Positions 1 through 9,427 of a stretch of 12,147 bases of DNA are shown piece by piece. Position numbers and translations under genes: made by a program. This DNA comes from Octopus sinensis (Eukaryota): contig NW_021826683.1 in NCBI RefSeq assembly GCF_006345805.1, positions 1 to 12,147 on the forward strand, written 5' to 3'. Below the pieces are notes generated by a model, which worked only from the letters and a program-made list of their open reading frames with translations, was not told the DNA's origin and ran no database searches. Numbering within the stretch: position 1 is the stretch's first letter; every line of letters begins with the position of its first letter.

Positions 1-161
1 GATGCAATAAAGCGAAAGAAAAAGGAAAAGGAACGATTAAGAGAATATAACGACAGGATAGATTAATAGATGATAGAATAATGAAATGATAACACAATAT
101 AATAAAAATAGAAAACAGCAACAACACCAACAACCAAAAAAGTTGATTCGTAAACCACAAC

Positions 162-340
162 CAAGAAAATGCCTTATCGTCTAAATGGGACGAAATTAAA
201 CTACTCACTGATCGGATCCGTGGGCTTGGCTCGCATCTTGCGTTTTTATTTGTTGAAGAACTTTCTTTTTGTCCCCAGACTGACCTATATTCTCCGTTCC
301 TCCCCGTGTTTCGCTGCCACAGACTCATTATCCAGATATT
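162..340 (+). pseudogene. Internal fragment of a CRE-clade non-LTR retrotransposon ORF (post-RT region), frameshifted
   Basis: Joining two frames gives ENALSSKWDEIKLLTDRIRGLGSHLAF/YLLKNFLFVPRLTYILRSSPCF. This aligns by eye with LELKLTKIQESIATLKTVDA/AAFFLIKNFLAFP/LQFFLQSAPC in the CRE element at ~6590-6725. Boundaries are approximate. Confidence 0.7.
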
Positions 341-540
341 TAATTGAGTTGTTGTCGAGGTATGTTTCTTGATCAGGCACGGTAATTATTAAAAAGTGAA
401 TGCCTCTGAAAGAGGTTGCTACTGAATAGAAACAAGGTAGAATACTCCTGATCCTAATTTCATTATTCCAAAAGAATTAAGTATAATGTTTTTATAGTGA
501 ATTCATGGGGATTGTTATAAGTTAGGTAGGGCAATTTTTT

Positions 541-630
541 TCTAGCACACTTAAAAAAAAATTTTAGCGCTAACTGCATTTATAATTAAAAAATTAGCAC
601 TTAAAATGATCAAATCTAGCATTTAAAATT
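541..630 (+). repeat. hAT subterminal repeats, left cluster (TAGCA(C/T)TTAAAA-like)
   Basis: Copies begin at 543, 565 (degenerate), 595 and 617. Confidence 0.7.
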
Positions 631-805
631 GTAAAATCTATAAACTTAAAATAATAAAAATTTATTTATGTTAAAAACCAAGAGCACCGTCGGCCAGAAA
701 ACAAGATAATTAGGTGATCCCGACATTCCCAATCAGACTACGCATCCTCTCTCTCTGTGTTCGATATGATCCCCAGGCGCAAAATTATAAAAATAACATT
801 TAATT

Positions 806-2266
806 TTATTTATTGTAATATAATAAGAAGTAATGCTTGATATTGTCTGGATAGAAGTTTCTATCTTTTTTTAAAATATTTTTCAGCATTTTAATAGCCT
901 CTTTCAACGGATGCAGAGGATGCCTGACAGCGTGAAAGTAAAAATAATCTTGTTGGCTAATTTCGGTTCAGTCATCTCAATAATAGGTTTAAATCCGTTT
1001 TCCTCCATTCTTTTATTCATATAATTTTTAATATTGGCCTTATCATCATAAAAATGTAGTCCTTCTATGTCATAATATGCCCGATTGATTGAATAGTCGC
1101 AACATTCCGAAACTTGAGAATATCTATTTTTGTGAATAATTGCATATGATCTCCGTTAATTTCAACTTAATATCGGGATATTTACATGATGTTTAGCATT
1201 TGATACTAAAACTCCATCTGACTGAAATGCGTTAACAATTTCACAAATTTTTTCAAAATTCGTGAAATAATATTTCGCTGCTTTAAACCAACTTCCCCAT
1301 CTGCATAAATTAGAAAAAAATACCTAGTAATTACGACATCAGGTGGGTATCCAACATCCTTGAACAAATTACGACGTCTTCGGTTTTTTACTGTGGCAGC
1401 TTTAATGCTTGCAATTAAGCCATCTTTTCCGGATATGCAGACCTTATACGTAAAACCGTATTGTGTAACAATGAGAAACCAGTCACATGATGCATGTTGT
1501 TATACATGACCATTAAAGTTTTACCGCCTATTTATTTAGATACTTTTATATCACCAGAAATCATATAAGGACGGCATCTGAGATTAACAGATAAAAATTG
1601 TCACGAATAATCTTCATTCTCTAATGACGTCATCTATTATTGGCAGATAATAGCAGCATTGGCATGATTTTCCAGTGGTTGCATTCAACCAAATAGGATT
1701 TTGTTGGAAAGCGAATGCTTCCAATTAGAATCACTACAAAACTTTTCCTTCGGATATCTGTTTCATCAATCATTATAAAAATCTTTTCGTTTCTAAAAGT
1801 TAAAAAAATAAACTTTAATACGTTAATAATTCTGTCAACTCATTTATCTTTTTTTGTGCAAGAAACTTAACCGTAGTTCTGAATGAAAATTCGGACGGAG
1901 TGTTAATGTTAAATGTTTTAAACATTTTTTTGATCGAATCATTTTTTAATTTGTATAGCGGGATGGTTGCTTGTACAAAAGCTTCCGTGATCATTTCTTT
2001 AACCGAATCTACTTTGATTGATTCAGTTAATGTTGTTTGAACTGAATCACATGAATGGACCTACAATTGTATTACATTTATACGCATATTGTTCTGATGT
2101 TTAAAGAAGAACGATGAGAATCAACTGAAAATTTTTTTGCACAGTTGACTTTGGATAAACAAAGAGAACAAAATAGAAGGCCATCGTCATCAATACAGAA
2201 CTCATCTTTGAATTCTGAGACTATACGCTTGGCTTTCTTAAGCAACGAACACTTGGGTTTTGGCAT
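806..2266 (-). pseudogene. hAT transposase with CGGBP1/BED-like zinc finger, multiple frameshifts
   Basis: ATG at 2266, then MPKPK...LFCSLCLSKVNCAKKFSVDSHRSS (zinc finger). Downstream motifs in order: IFIMIDETD (~1770), LLISDA/PYM (~1575), HHVT...LLHN (~1475), CRWGSWFKAAKYY (~1295), ASSASVERG (~910) and a probable stop TAA at 806-808. Confidence 0.85.
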
Positions 2267-2359
2267 CACACAAAATACTATATAGCGTGCTAAATTATTT
2301 TATTTAAAATTAATTTTTTATCATTTTAGGGGTGGCATTAAAACAATTTTAAATGCAAT

Positions 2360-2516
2360 TTAAATTAGCATTTAAAAAAAAATTAGCATTTAAAATTAAA
2401 AATAGCATTTATAATGTATGTTTTTTTTAACAAAATTAAAAAAAAAAAAATAATTATTCCAAATTCAATTTTATATTAAAAAATATAAAGTAAAAAATAG
2501 CATTTTAGCACTTAAA
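2360..2516 (+). repeat. hAT subterminal repeats, right cluster (TAGCA(C/T)TT)
   Basis: Copies begin at 2366, 2384, 2403, 2498 and 2506, on the same strand as the left cluster. Confidence 0.7.
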
Positions 2517-3329
2517 TTGCCCTAGTTATAAGTAATTATGCAAAATAAAAGCACAACTAAAGATATGGCAAGGCCAAGGTAACAATTCTGACTTATCAAT
2601 TCCCTCAAAAGACGTCTATAAAAATGTGGAAAGTAGAACGGATTTAGAGGAGAGGACATCGTCAATGCAGAAGTACAGTATGTGCCCCTCATATCCAGAT
2701 ACTCCCCAGTGGGGAGTCGACTAACCATTGACTTGAGGACTCCCTTATACTCACACATCTGTCGACAGTCTCTCAGTATATACTAACCCATTTCGCCACC
2801 ATAACTCCCTTAGTGATTAAATAATTTAAATCCGCTCCGAATATGGTCATCATGCACCTTAGAGGTGGGAATATGCTAAAAATCCTTCTAGAAAGTCTTT
2901 TCAAATGGAACCTTTCAACTGCCATCCAATATCCTAGCTTAAGACGGTAGATTCCAATCGAACAAGTTTTTTTTGGCGAGAGAAGATTCTTAAAAAAAGA
3001 AAAAAATCTGACGATAGTAGCTCTTGGGTACATGGTGGATACTGCTATGCAAACATGCCAACTTTTGCTTCTAGTAGGCATTGATGGTACCGTCATTGAC
3101 CCGATCTTTGCTAAACCTTTGAATAAATAGAATATCGTGAACATTAAATTGGGTGTCTCCTTGAACAGTATAATTCCATAAAATTAGTTATCAATGATAA
3201 TTATTCTAAAACAACTTTACAAACATCGCCAGACTATTCAAAGTACTGTAATGAGGAGAACCTAAAAGTATGCAATTTTTTACTGAACAATTTTTTCAGT
3301 ATTTTATGATATTGCCCGAAGTGATTGTT

Positions 3330-3930
3330 TGATTCGCTGGTTATGATATCCATCTCTTTATGGATTGGTTGAATCTTTTTGAATTAGATAGTTCCTAAGT
3401 ACCTTTCGACTTGACCTTGTACCCAAAGAGCTCGTGGCCGACCAAAAACATGCTTGAATTTGAACAGTTCACACACTTCATTCAAATAGGAGTTTTAAAC
3501 TCTGTTCCATTGTCAGTGTGCAATATAATTAGAGGCCCAATTACATAGAAAATCCCCTTTAAGATATCAGAAATTTCAATTGCAGATTTTGATTTAGCAG
3601 TAAAATTCTAATCAATTGCAGATTTTGATTTAGCAGTAAAATTCTAATCAATAATTTTTACCTCAATAGTTTTCATCTTTAATTCAGCTTCTTCAGTAGC
3701 AAGAACCTTAAAAGATTCCCTTTTTCTAAAATAAAGACTTTTTCTTGGTCAAATTGCAAAATCTTTGAGAAGCTTCTGATGCGAAACCGTTCTTTCTTTG
3801 ACAGTCCTTCGTGTAAGCAGGCGGAATCTTTATAAATTTTAATTTTGAAACCATTTCTTTTGATAATCCAATAAAAACCATTGTAACGTGCGATTTATTT
3901 ATAATTAATTCTTGATATTTAATTAGAGAA
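3330..3930 (-). pseudogene. Retroviral-type (rve) integrase remnant, KRBA2/SCAND3-like (Ginger-type element)
   Basis: Minus strand reads AKSKSAIEISDILKGIFYVIGPLIILHTDNGTEF (3600-3495), then EVCELFKFKHVFGRPRALWVQGQVER (~3480-3403). This matches the rve core pattern HSDNGxEF...GRPRHPQSQGxVER. It has stops, and the HHCC/first-Asp region appears deleted. The core (3400-3650) is solid; the outer limits are approximate. Confidence 0.78.
3577..3652 (+). repeat. Perfect 36-bp tandem duplication within the integrase remnant
   Basis: CAATTGCAGATTTTGATTTAGCAGTAAAATTCTAAT at 3577-3612 and 3613-3648, followed by CAAT. Confidence 0.95.
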
Positions 3931-3931
3931 A

Positions 3932-5045
3932 ATTGCATGGGCAGATGAAAATTGATAAAAAAGTTAACATTGAAGGATTTTTAAATGAACTTCAAAATTT
4001 ATCCAAGTCCTATACTATCGATGAAATTTATAACCTTGATGAAACAGGGGGTTTTCTACAAACTAATTTCACCTAAAAGTATTTGCAAGACTCAGTTTGG
4101 ACGATATAAAAATTTTAAGGATCGGGTATCTGTAATGTTGTGTGCAATAATCACAAACTAAAGCTTGTTTTAATTGGAAACATAAAATGCCAAGATGTTT
4201 CCAAAATTACGACTATCAATGCTCTGTTCATATTACAATTCGAAAAGGGCTTGGATGACGGGCCAAATTTTTAGTAAATGGCTGATTAATTTTGTCAACT
4301 TTTTGACAAAGGAAAAAAGTCAATTTTGATTTTGATCGATAATTGTACTTATCATTGTATACCTTGTCATCTTGAAAATATAAAAATTATGTTCTTTCCT
4401 AAAAATTCAACAAGAATAATTCAACCAATGGACTTGGGAATTATCAAAACATTTAAAGTGCACTTTAATAGCACAAATTATTTTATCTCACTAATTTTGG
4501 AAACTGACAAAGTTTCGGTTTATAAATCCTATAAACATTTATATCTTAGGACACTGTTTTTTTTATAAAAATGGCTTAGGAAAACGTATGCTCGAAAACT
4601 ATTGAAAATTGCTTCAAAAAACTGAAAAAAATAGATTTTAATGAAAAAATCTACAGATAAAAATTTAATTGATGAATTGATAATTAAAATAGATATTTAT
4701 GATCCTATTCAAATTGAAGAATTCATTCTATAATTATTTATTTAGAAGAAAATGCAATTTAATTCGCTTATAAAAAAAATTTGCAATTAGCAAAGAAAGT
4801 AATTTCAATAATGAAGATCCTGAAAAACAATCTCGGATAAAAATTTTCCTTTAAATGAACAAACAATAATTCATTTCACTAGAAATGAGATTGGTGTAAA
4901 ATTAAGAGAAATTGAGAAGTCACTAATCGAAATGTCGAAAACGAAGATGTGCGTCTAATTACTTCAATTCGAAGATTTGAAAAAAACATCAAAATATTAA
5001 GATAAAACAACGGGACTGGAATATTACTTTGATAAAAAAGCATAA
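3932..5045 (+). pseudogene. pogo/Tigger-family transposase (DDE_1, DD30D), 5'-truncated and frameshifted
   Basis: IYNLDETG (~4030), KDRVSVMLCA (~4120), AWMTGQIFSKWL (~4250), ILIDNCTYH...FFPKNSTRIIQPMDLGIIKTFK with 30 residues between the second and third Asp, and a later SKTIENCFKK. The CENP-B HTH and TIRs were not found. The 3' limit is approximate. Confidence 0.85.
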
Positions 5046-5518
5046 TTTTTGATTGTTATTTCGATTTACTTAATTTATCTTATCGTTTGTATGTTATAAC
5101 TTATAAATATCTCAATAATAATGACATTACGTAAATATTCTTTCGAATCTCTATAAAATAGCCTTATTCTTTTCTTTGAAAATTTAACATCACTCTAATT
5201 TGTTTCTATTGAAACAAGAACGACTGTTCCAAAACAAATAGCGAACACTGAACTCTTCTGAGTCGAAAAATGCGCCTCAAGAGACAACCGAATTATGGCG
5301 TTTTACACATTCTGATTAGACCGGTGTCTTCACAGTGAATTGGAATCCCCGGTCTAAAACGAATATGAATATAATCTACGAAATAAACACCACGTATTTT
5401 CCCAGTCACTATGTGCTTTCTACTCTGAAATAAATTCAAGCATGTCAAGTAAGACATTTCGCTCAAATCTAACAGATCTCCAAAAGGCTGTAAAAGGATT
5501 AGTTCTACTCAATTCAGA

Positions 5519-6251
5519 TCAACATCAAGTATCGCTCGACATCTCGATCTAAGTTTGTATACATTAAAGAAAGTGAGATTCGAGCCTGAAAAAGCTAATT
5601 GTGAAATTAACAAAATCAAGAGAAAGGAATTTGTTGAAAAATATTTAAAATTTCAATCGGAAACGGACCAAATTTGCTTTATGGATGAATCAAACTTTAA
5701 TCTCCATATCAGCAGGACAGAAGGAAGATCGCTAAAGGGAACAAGATGCACTACTCTAGCGGCTGCATCAAAAGGGTCGAATATACATATAATTGGATGC
5801 ATCTCAAATCTAGGACTCATTTACTATGAAATCCGAAGGGGAGCTTTTAAAAAAGAGCAGGCTTGTAATTGGATGAAAATTTGTTTGAGGCAAGCACGGA
5901 TTAAACATGGTGGTCCAGTTATTATGGTGTTGGACAATGCACCAGCTCACAGTGGTATCGAAGAAGTTCTTCGATTGGAAGAATTTAATGATTTTCATAT
6001 TCTTCGTCTCGGTCCGTACAGCCCAATGCTTAACCCCATCGAAAACGTATGGTCCAAAGTAGAAGCTCACGTAAAAAGAGACATTGCTTCGAAAAAAAAC
6101 CAAATTTTATTCCAACAGGGAGAAGGCTTATCAATTAAAGAGTATCGAACACGGATACTTGAACAAAATTGTGGATAGCATGAAAACCATTACATCTAAA
6201 GATGGTGTAGGCTTTATTTCTGGAATACAATGAAATATTGCCGACACACTA
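5519..6251 (+). pseudogene. IS630-like (IS630/Tc1/mariner, DDE_3) transposase, DD35E, N-terminally truncated
   Basis: ORF 5555-6178 contains CFMDESNFN, MVLDNAPAH and LGPYSPMLNPIE, with 35 residues between D2 and E. The frame extends upstream as STSSIARHLDLSL. Similarity continues after a frameshift near 6165 up to the cTA at 6249-6251. Clearly homologous to the ORF at 8092-9036. Confidence 0.88.
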
Positions 6252-6263
6252 TACCATTTTAAA

Positions 6264-6491
6264 GTCAATTTGTCACAAATGAACCCCAAATTTACAATTA
6301 CAAACTTCAAATGTCATCTGAAAAAATCAATTTGTCAATTAATATTTCAAATGTCAATCTGAAAAAATCATTTGTCATTATAATATTTCAAATGTCATCG
6401 GAAAAAATCAATTTGTCAATGATAAATTTCAAATGTCATCTGAAAAAATCAATTTGTCAATGATAAATTTCAAATGTCATCTGGATAATTC
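6264..6491 (+). repeat. 41-bp minisatellite, left part (~5.5 units)
   Basis: Unit AAATTTCAAATGTCATCTGAAAAAATCAATTTGTCAATGAT, period 41 (GATAAATTT at 6421 and 6462). The unit is itself a 20+21-bp dimer with cores TCAAATGTCA and TCAATTTGTCA. Confidence 0.95.
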
Positions 6492-7866
6492 CATTATTTA
6501 ATTCGCTTCTCCCTAATATCAAGGCTGTTACATCCTCTGATCTTATTGTCCTTGGCTCCCCAATCTTTTCCTCGGCTATCCCTTCCTTCCTGGAGCTTAA
6601 GCTCACAAAAATACAAGAATCTATAGCCACACTTAAAACAGTCGACGCACAGCTGCCTTCTTCCTGATCAAAAATTTCCTTGCTTTCCCCGGTTACAATT
6701 TTTCTTACAGTCCGCCCCTTGTCACCGCCATCATTGTGCTCTTCAGCACTTCGATCTTTTGCTAAGAAACTCATTTCGGCTAATACTAATGTCAATTTGA
6801 TGATGCCGGGTGGCAACAGCGATCCTGCCAGTCCGTCTCGGCGGACTAGGTCTGCAAGCTCCCTCTGTTTTGGCTCTCCCTTTCTACCTTTCTTCGTCAT
6901 ACCGCTGTAGTCCGCTTGTCCTTAGGATTCTTTCTCCCATTCCGAATCCGTTCTGGACCAAGAGCTTTCTCATGGTATCGAAGTTTGGTCTTCCCGTGGC
7001 TTCGACATTCCTTGCTATCCCTGCTATACAAAGGCGTGGACGGAAACAATGTTTCTTCAGTTATACAATTCGTTATTATCCTCCTGTGATCAACACCGGC
7101 GCGCTTGTCTTTTGGCCGCATCCTCCGAATGGAGTGGCGCTTGGCTCAACGCATACCCTTCCGAAACCGGAAATACGGGAACCCTGCTGGACCCAAAAAG
7201 TGTGCAGATTGGCATTTCTCTTAGACTTGGTCTGGACATCTGCTTTCCACACACTTGCCGCTGTGGTTCTGTCGTAGATCGGAAAGGTCTCCATCCACTT
7301 TCCTGTCGCAAAAGCCCTGGCCGGATCCCAGGCATTCTGAATTAAATTCCGTTGTAAAACATGCACTTGAAGCAGCCGGATTTCCCTGTCAGCTGGAGCC
7401 TCTGGCCTTCTAAGGGAGGATGGTAAGAGACCTGACGGGGTGTCACTCTTTCCCTACAAGACGGGAAAGCAATCGTCTGGGATGCGACATGCTCTGATAC
7501 TTTCGCATCATCATGTCTTTCCTTGTCGGCGGTCGAGGCTGGCTCAGCAGCCAAGAGGGCGGAGACGAAGAAGGCATCTAAGTACGCCTCCCTGATGGAC
7601 CGTTTCATCTTCGAACCGGTGTCAGTGGAAACTTCCGGTGTACTTGGCCCGTCTACTCTCCGTTCCTCTCGAAGATCGGAAGGTCATTGGAAGGGCAAGG
7701 AACGACCCCCGTGAACTGATGTGGCTTTTTGAGCGCATCTCTCTCGCAGTTCTAAGGGGAACTGTTCCTCGATCCTCCTCTCGGCTGCGGTTCCGCCTCT
7801 TAATTAGTGATTTCTTTAGCGTCATTGGCTTTTTTTTCAAAAAAAAAAAAAAAAAAAAAAAAAAAA
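6492..7866 (+). mobile_element. 5'-truncated CRE-clade non-LTR retrotransposon (RLE endonuclease type) with poly(A) tail
   Basis: Visibly GC-richer block ending in A28 (7839-7866). It splits a minisatellite unit, with (AA)TTC at both junctions (6487-6491 and 7865-7869). It encodes the C-terminal motifs of a CRE ORF. Confidence 0.88.
6500..7807 (+). pseudogene. C-terminal part of CRE ORF: end of RT region, CCHC zinc knuckle and PD-(D/E)xK restriction-like endonuclease
   Basis: Stitched frames give LIVLGSPI, LPVRLGGLGL, SGAWLNAYPS, SLRLG, CRCGSVVDRKGLHPLSC (CCHC), HSELN, [47 protein letters not shown] and RGNCSSIL, with a probable stop TAG at 7805-7807. The RT catalytic core is absent because of the 5' truncation. 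Confidence 0.88.
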
Positions 7867-8015
7867 TTCAATTTGTCAATTATAAATTTCAAATGTCATC
7901 TGAAAAAATCAATTTGTCAATGATAAATTTCAAATGTCATCTGGATAATTCAATTTGTCGATTATAAACTTCAGATGTCATCTGCAAAACTCAAATTTAC
8001 AATTTTGAAATTCAA
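7867..8015 (+). repeat. 41-bp minisatellite, right part (~3.5 units, degenerating rightward)
   Basis: Same unit as 6264-6491, resuming in register after the poly(A). Period 41 (7881, 7922, 7963). 7882-7951 is identical to 6422-6491. Confidence 0.95.
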
Positions 8016-8091
8016 GTTTGCATTTTATCAAAATATTGTATATACTAATTGTAATCAATTATGGGAAACAGAACAAATTTTATTTGGTAAA

Positions 8092-9036
8092 TTAAAAATC
8101 AAAAAGGTCTTCACCACGAGTAACTCGGGGATAATACCTTTCAACCCGGTTAACAAATCCCATTAATTTTTGTGGTGTCAGAACCTTTTTTGCCTCTCCT
8201 GCGATTTCTTCCAACATTTTTACCCTATATTCAGAAATTGAAGGACCATCCGAAGTTTTGTTATATTTGAGAATTATTGGCATCTTTTCTCTTAGCATTT
8301 TTTTTACTTCTGCTTTGAAAGTACTCCAGGCTAATTCAATTGGGTTTAATAAGTAAGAATATGGAGCCAATCGTAAAAGTTCAATATTTTCTTCTTGATC
8401 AACAACTGATTCCAATTGATTGTGAACAGGAGCATTGTCAATTATAAAAGTGGGATCTTGTACGCCTGAAGACCTGCATTCATTAATTAACTCTTTCATC
8501 CATTTCTTACAATCTTCTCCTCTGTAAGAACCTCTTTTGCATTGAAAATTAAACAATGTTGAAGCAGACATTGCACTTATACAATGTAAGTTAGAGCCTC
8601 TCGAATTTGGAGTAATGACAAAAGAACGAGATCCTATTTTTGATCGTCCTTCTTTTCTCTTACAATATAAATTAAAATTGGATTCATCGATCCAAATTAA
8701 AGTTCTTCCAGCAGACCTTGCTTTAAACAAGCAATCCAAATAATATATTCTTTTTTCTTTATTTTCAGATGAATTAACATTTGCAACTATTGGTCGACAG
8801 GTTTTGAGAGAAATTAATTCCCCATCAAGCCAATTTTTTACTGTTGTAACCGACACAGAGATTGAATAATTTTTTTGTATTTTCTCCGCACATTCTTTCA
8901 AAGTGATCTGAGGATCAGCTTCAATCCAACTGATTAATTCATTTATATTTATTTGATTTTTTTTTGAATGTCTTTTACCGCCTCTTGGATGTCTTTCTTT
9001 ATCTTTATTCTCGATCCAATGATAAGCTGTTCTCAA
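8092..9036 (-). CDS. IS630-like transposase (HTH + DDE_3, DD33E); true start unresolved
   Basis: 314-aa uninterrupted ORF. It has an N-terminal HTH-like region (RTAYHW...PRGG...DPQITLKE...SVSVTTVKNWL) and the catalytic motifs IWIDESNFN, FIIDNAPVH and LAPYSYLLNPIE (33 residues D2-E). The frame stays open upstream to 9102 without an ATG, so the start needs a frameshift correction or an intron. Confidence 0.88.
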   Translation of the reverse strand: MRTAYHWIENKDKERHPRGGKRHSKKNQININELISWIEADPQITLKECAEKIQKNYSISVSVTTVKNWLDGELISLKTCRPIVANVNSSENKEKRIYYLDCLFKARSAGRTLIWIDESNFNLYCKRKEGRSKIGSRSFVITPNSRGSNLHCISAMSASTLFNFQCKRGSYRGEDCKKWMKELINECRSSGVQDPTFIIDNAPVHNQLESVVDQEENIELLRLAPYSYLLNPIELAWSTFKAEVKKMLREKMPIILKYNKTSDGPSISEYRVKMLEEIAGEAKKVLTPQKLMGFVNRVERYYPRVTRGEDLFDF

Positions 9037-9227
9037 ATTAACTCCAAGAGAGGAGCATAGAGAATGCCAATATAAATATGGTTCCTCAATTGATTTCTCA
9101 AATCAATCTCTTCTCTGAATTTATTAACTGATATTTTTTTGTTAAATATTAATAACGTATTTGTTTCAAAAAAAAAAAAAAATATAAATATGGTTAACAT
9201 AAAATTTTAAAAAAGAATTTTTTGGTG

Positions 9228-9425
9228 TTAATCCCATTTAGTTTACGTTAATCCCACATAGTTTGACCTTAATCTACTTTGTTTGACGTTAATCCACATA
9301 GTTTGACCTTAATCCCACTTTGTTTGACGTTAATCCCACATAGTTTGACCTTAATCCACTTTGTTTGACGTTAATCCCATTTGTTTGACCTTAATCCACT
9401 TTGTTTGACGTTAATCCCATTAGTA
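9228..9425 (+). repeat. 20/21-bp tandem array (9 units plus a partial), alternating two variants and running into the TIR of element A
   Basis: Units start at 9228, 9248, 9269, 9289, 9309, 9330, 9351, 9371, 9391 and 9411. Consensus variants are TTAATCC(C)ACTTTGTTTGACG and TTAATCC(C)ACATAGTTTGACC, and unit ends strictly alternate ACG/ACC. Confidence 0.95.
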
Positions 9426-9427
9426 TA

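Larger units (their letters stand above)
527..2524 (-). mobile_element. hAT DNA transposon (CGGBP1-like group), both ends present, ~2.0 kb
   Basis: Perfect 11-bp TIR TAGGGCAATTT (527-537) / AAATTGCCCTA (2514-2524). The 8-mer GTTATAAG lies directly after the right TIR (2525-2532) and at 514-521, 5 bp before the left TIR. TAGCA(C/T)TT subterminal repeats occur at both ends and a hAT transposase lies inside. Confidence 0.88.
8043..9425 (-). mobile_element. IS630-like DNA transposon ('element A', 1383 bp), near intact
   Basis: TA|TACTAAT (8041-8049) and ATTAGTA|TA (9419-9427) give a 7-bp TIR plus TA TSD. They enclose the transposase ORF and a subterminal tandem array at the 5' end. Confidence 0.72.

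Noticed and set aside
1-160. Lys/Arg-rich coding fragment with CAA repeats
   Set aside because: Low-complexity, interrupted by stops, cut by the window edge and with no recognisable motif.
522-531. Telomeric TTAGG/TTAGGG repeat
   Set aside because: Only about two imperfect units are present, and they are explained by the hAT terminus.
5810-6103. 97-aa minus-strand ORF
   Set aside because: Antisense shadow of the DD35E transposase.
6457-7840. Minus-strand and alternative-frame ORFs over the CRE element
   Set aside because: These are shadow ORFs of a GC-richer coding sequence; all conserved motifs are on the plus strand.
6402-7951. Long (~85-bp) target-site duplication for the CRE element
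   Set aside because: 6422-6491 equals 7882-7951, but this is expected inside a tandem array. Mismatches at 6407/7867 and 6421/7881, and the in-register continuation of the GGATAATTC variant, favour a 3-5-bp TSD.
6264-8015. CRISPR array or coding repeat
   Set aside because: It is a head-to-tail minisatellite without spacers. The 41-bp period is not a multiple of three, and the ORFs crossing it are incidental.
5555-9036. Fanzor/TnpB RNA-guided nuclease associated with the IS630-like transposases
   Set aside because: I found no ORF with RuvC plus zinc-ribbon motifs. Element A has only ~50 bp between the transposase stop and its end, and the only other nuclease is the CRE PD-(D/E)xK domain.
9228-9425. 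CRISPR-like array next to a nuclease-fold gene
   Set aside because: The units are contiguous with no unique spacers, and the neighbour is a DDE transposase, not a Cas protein.
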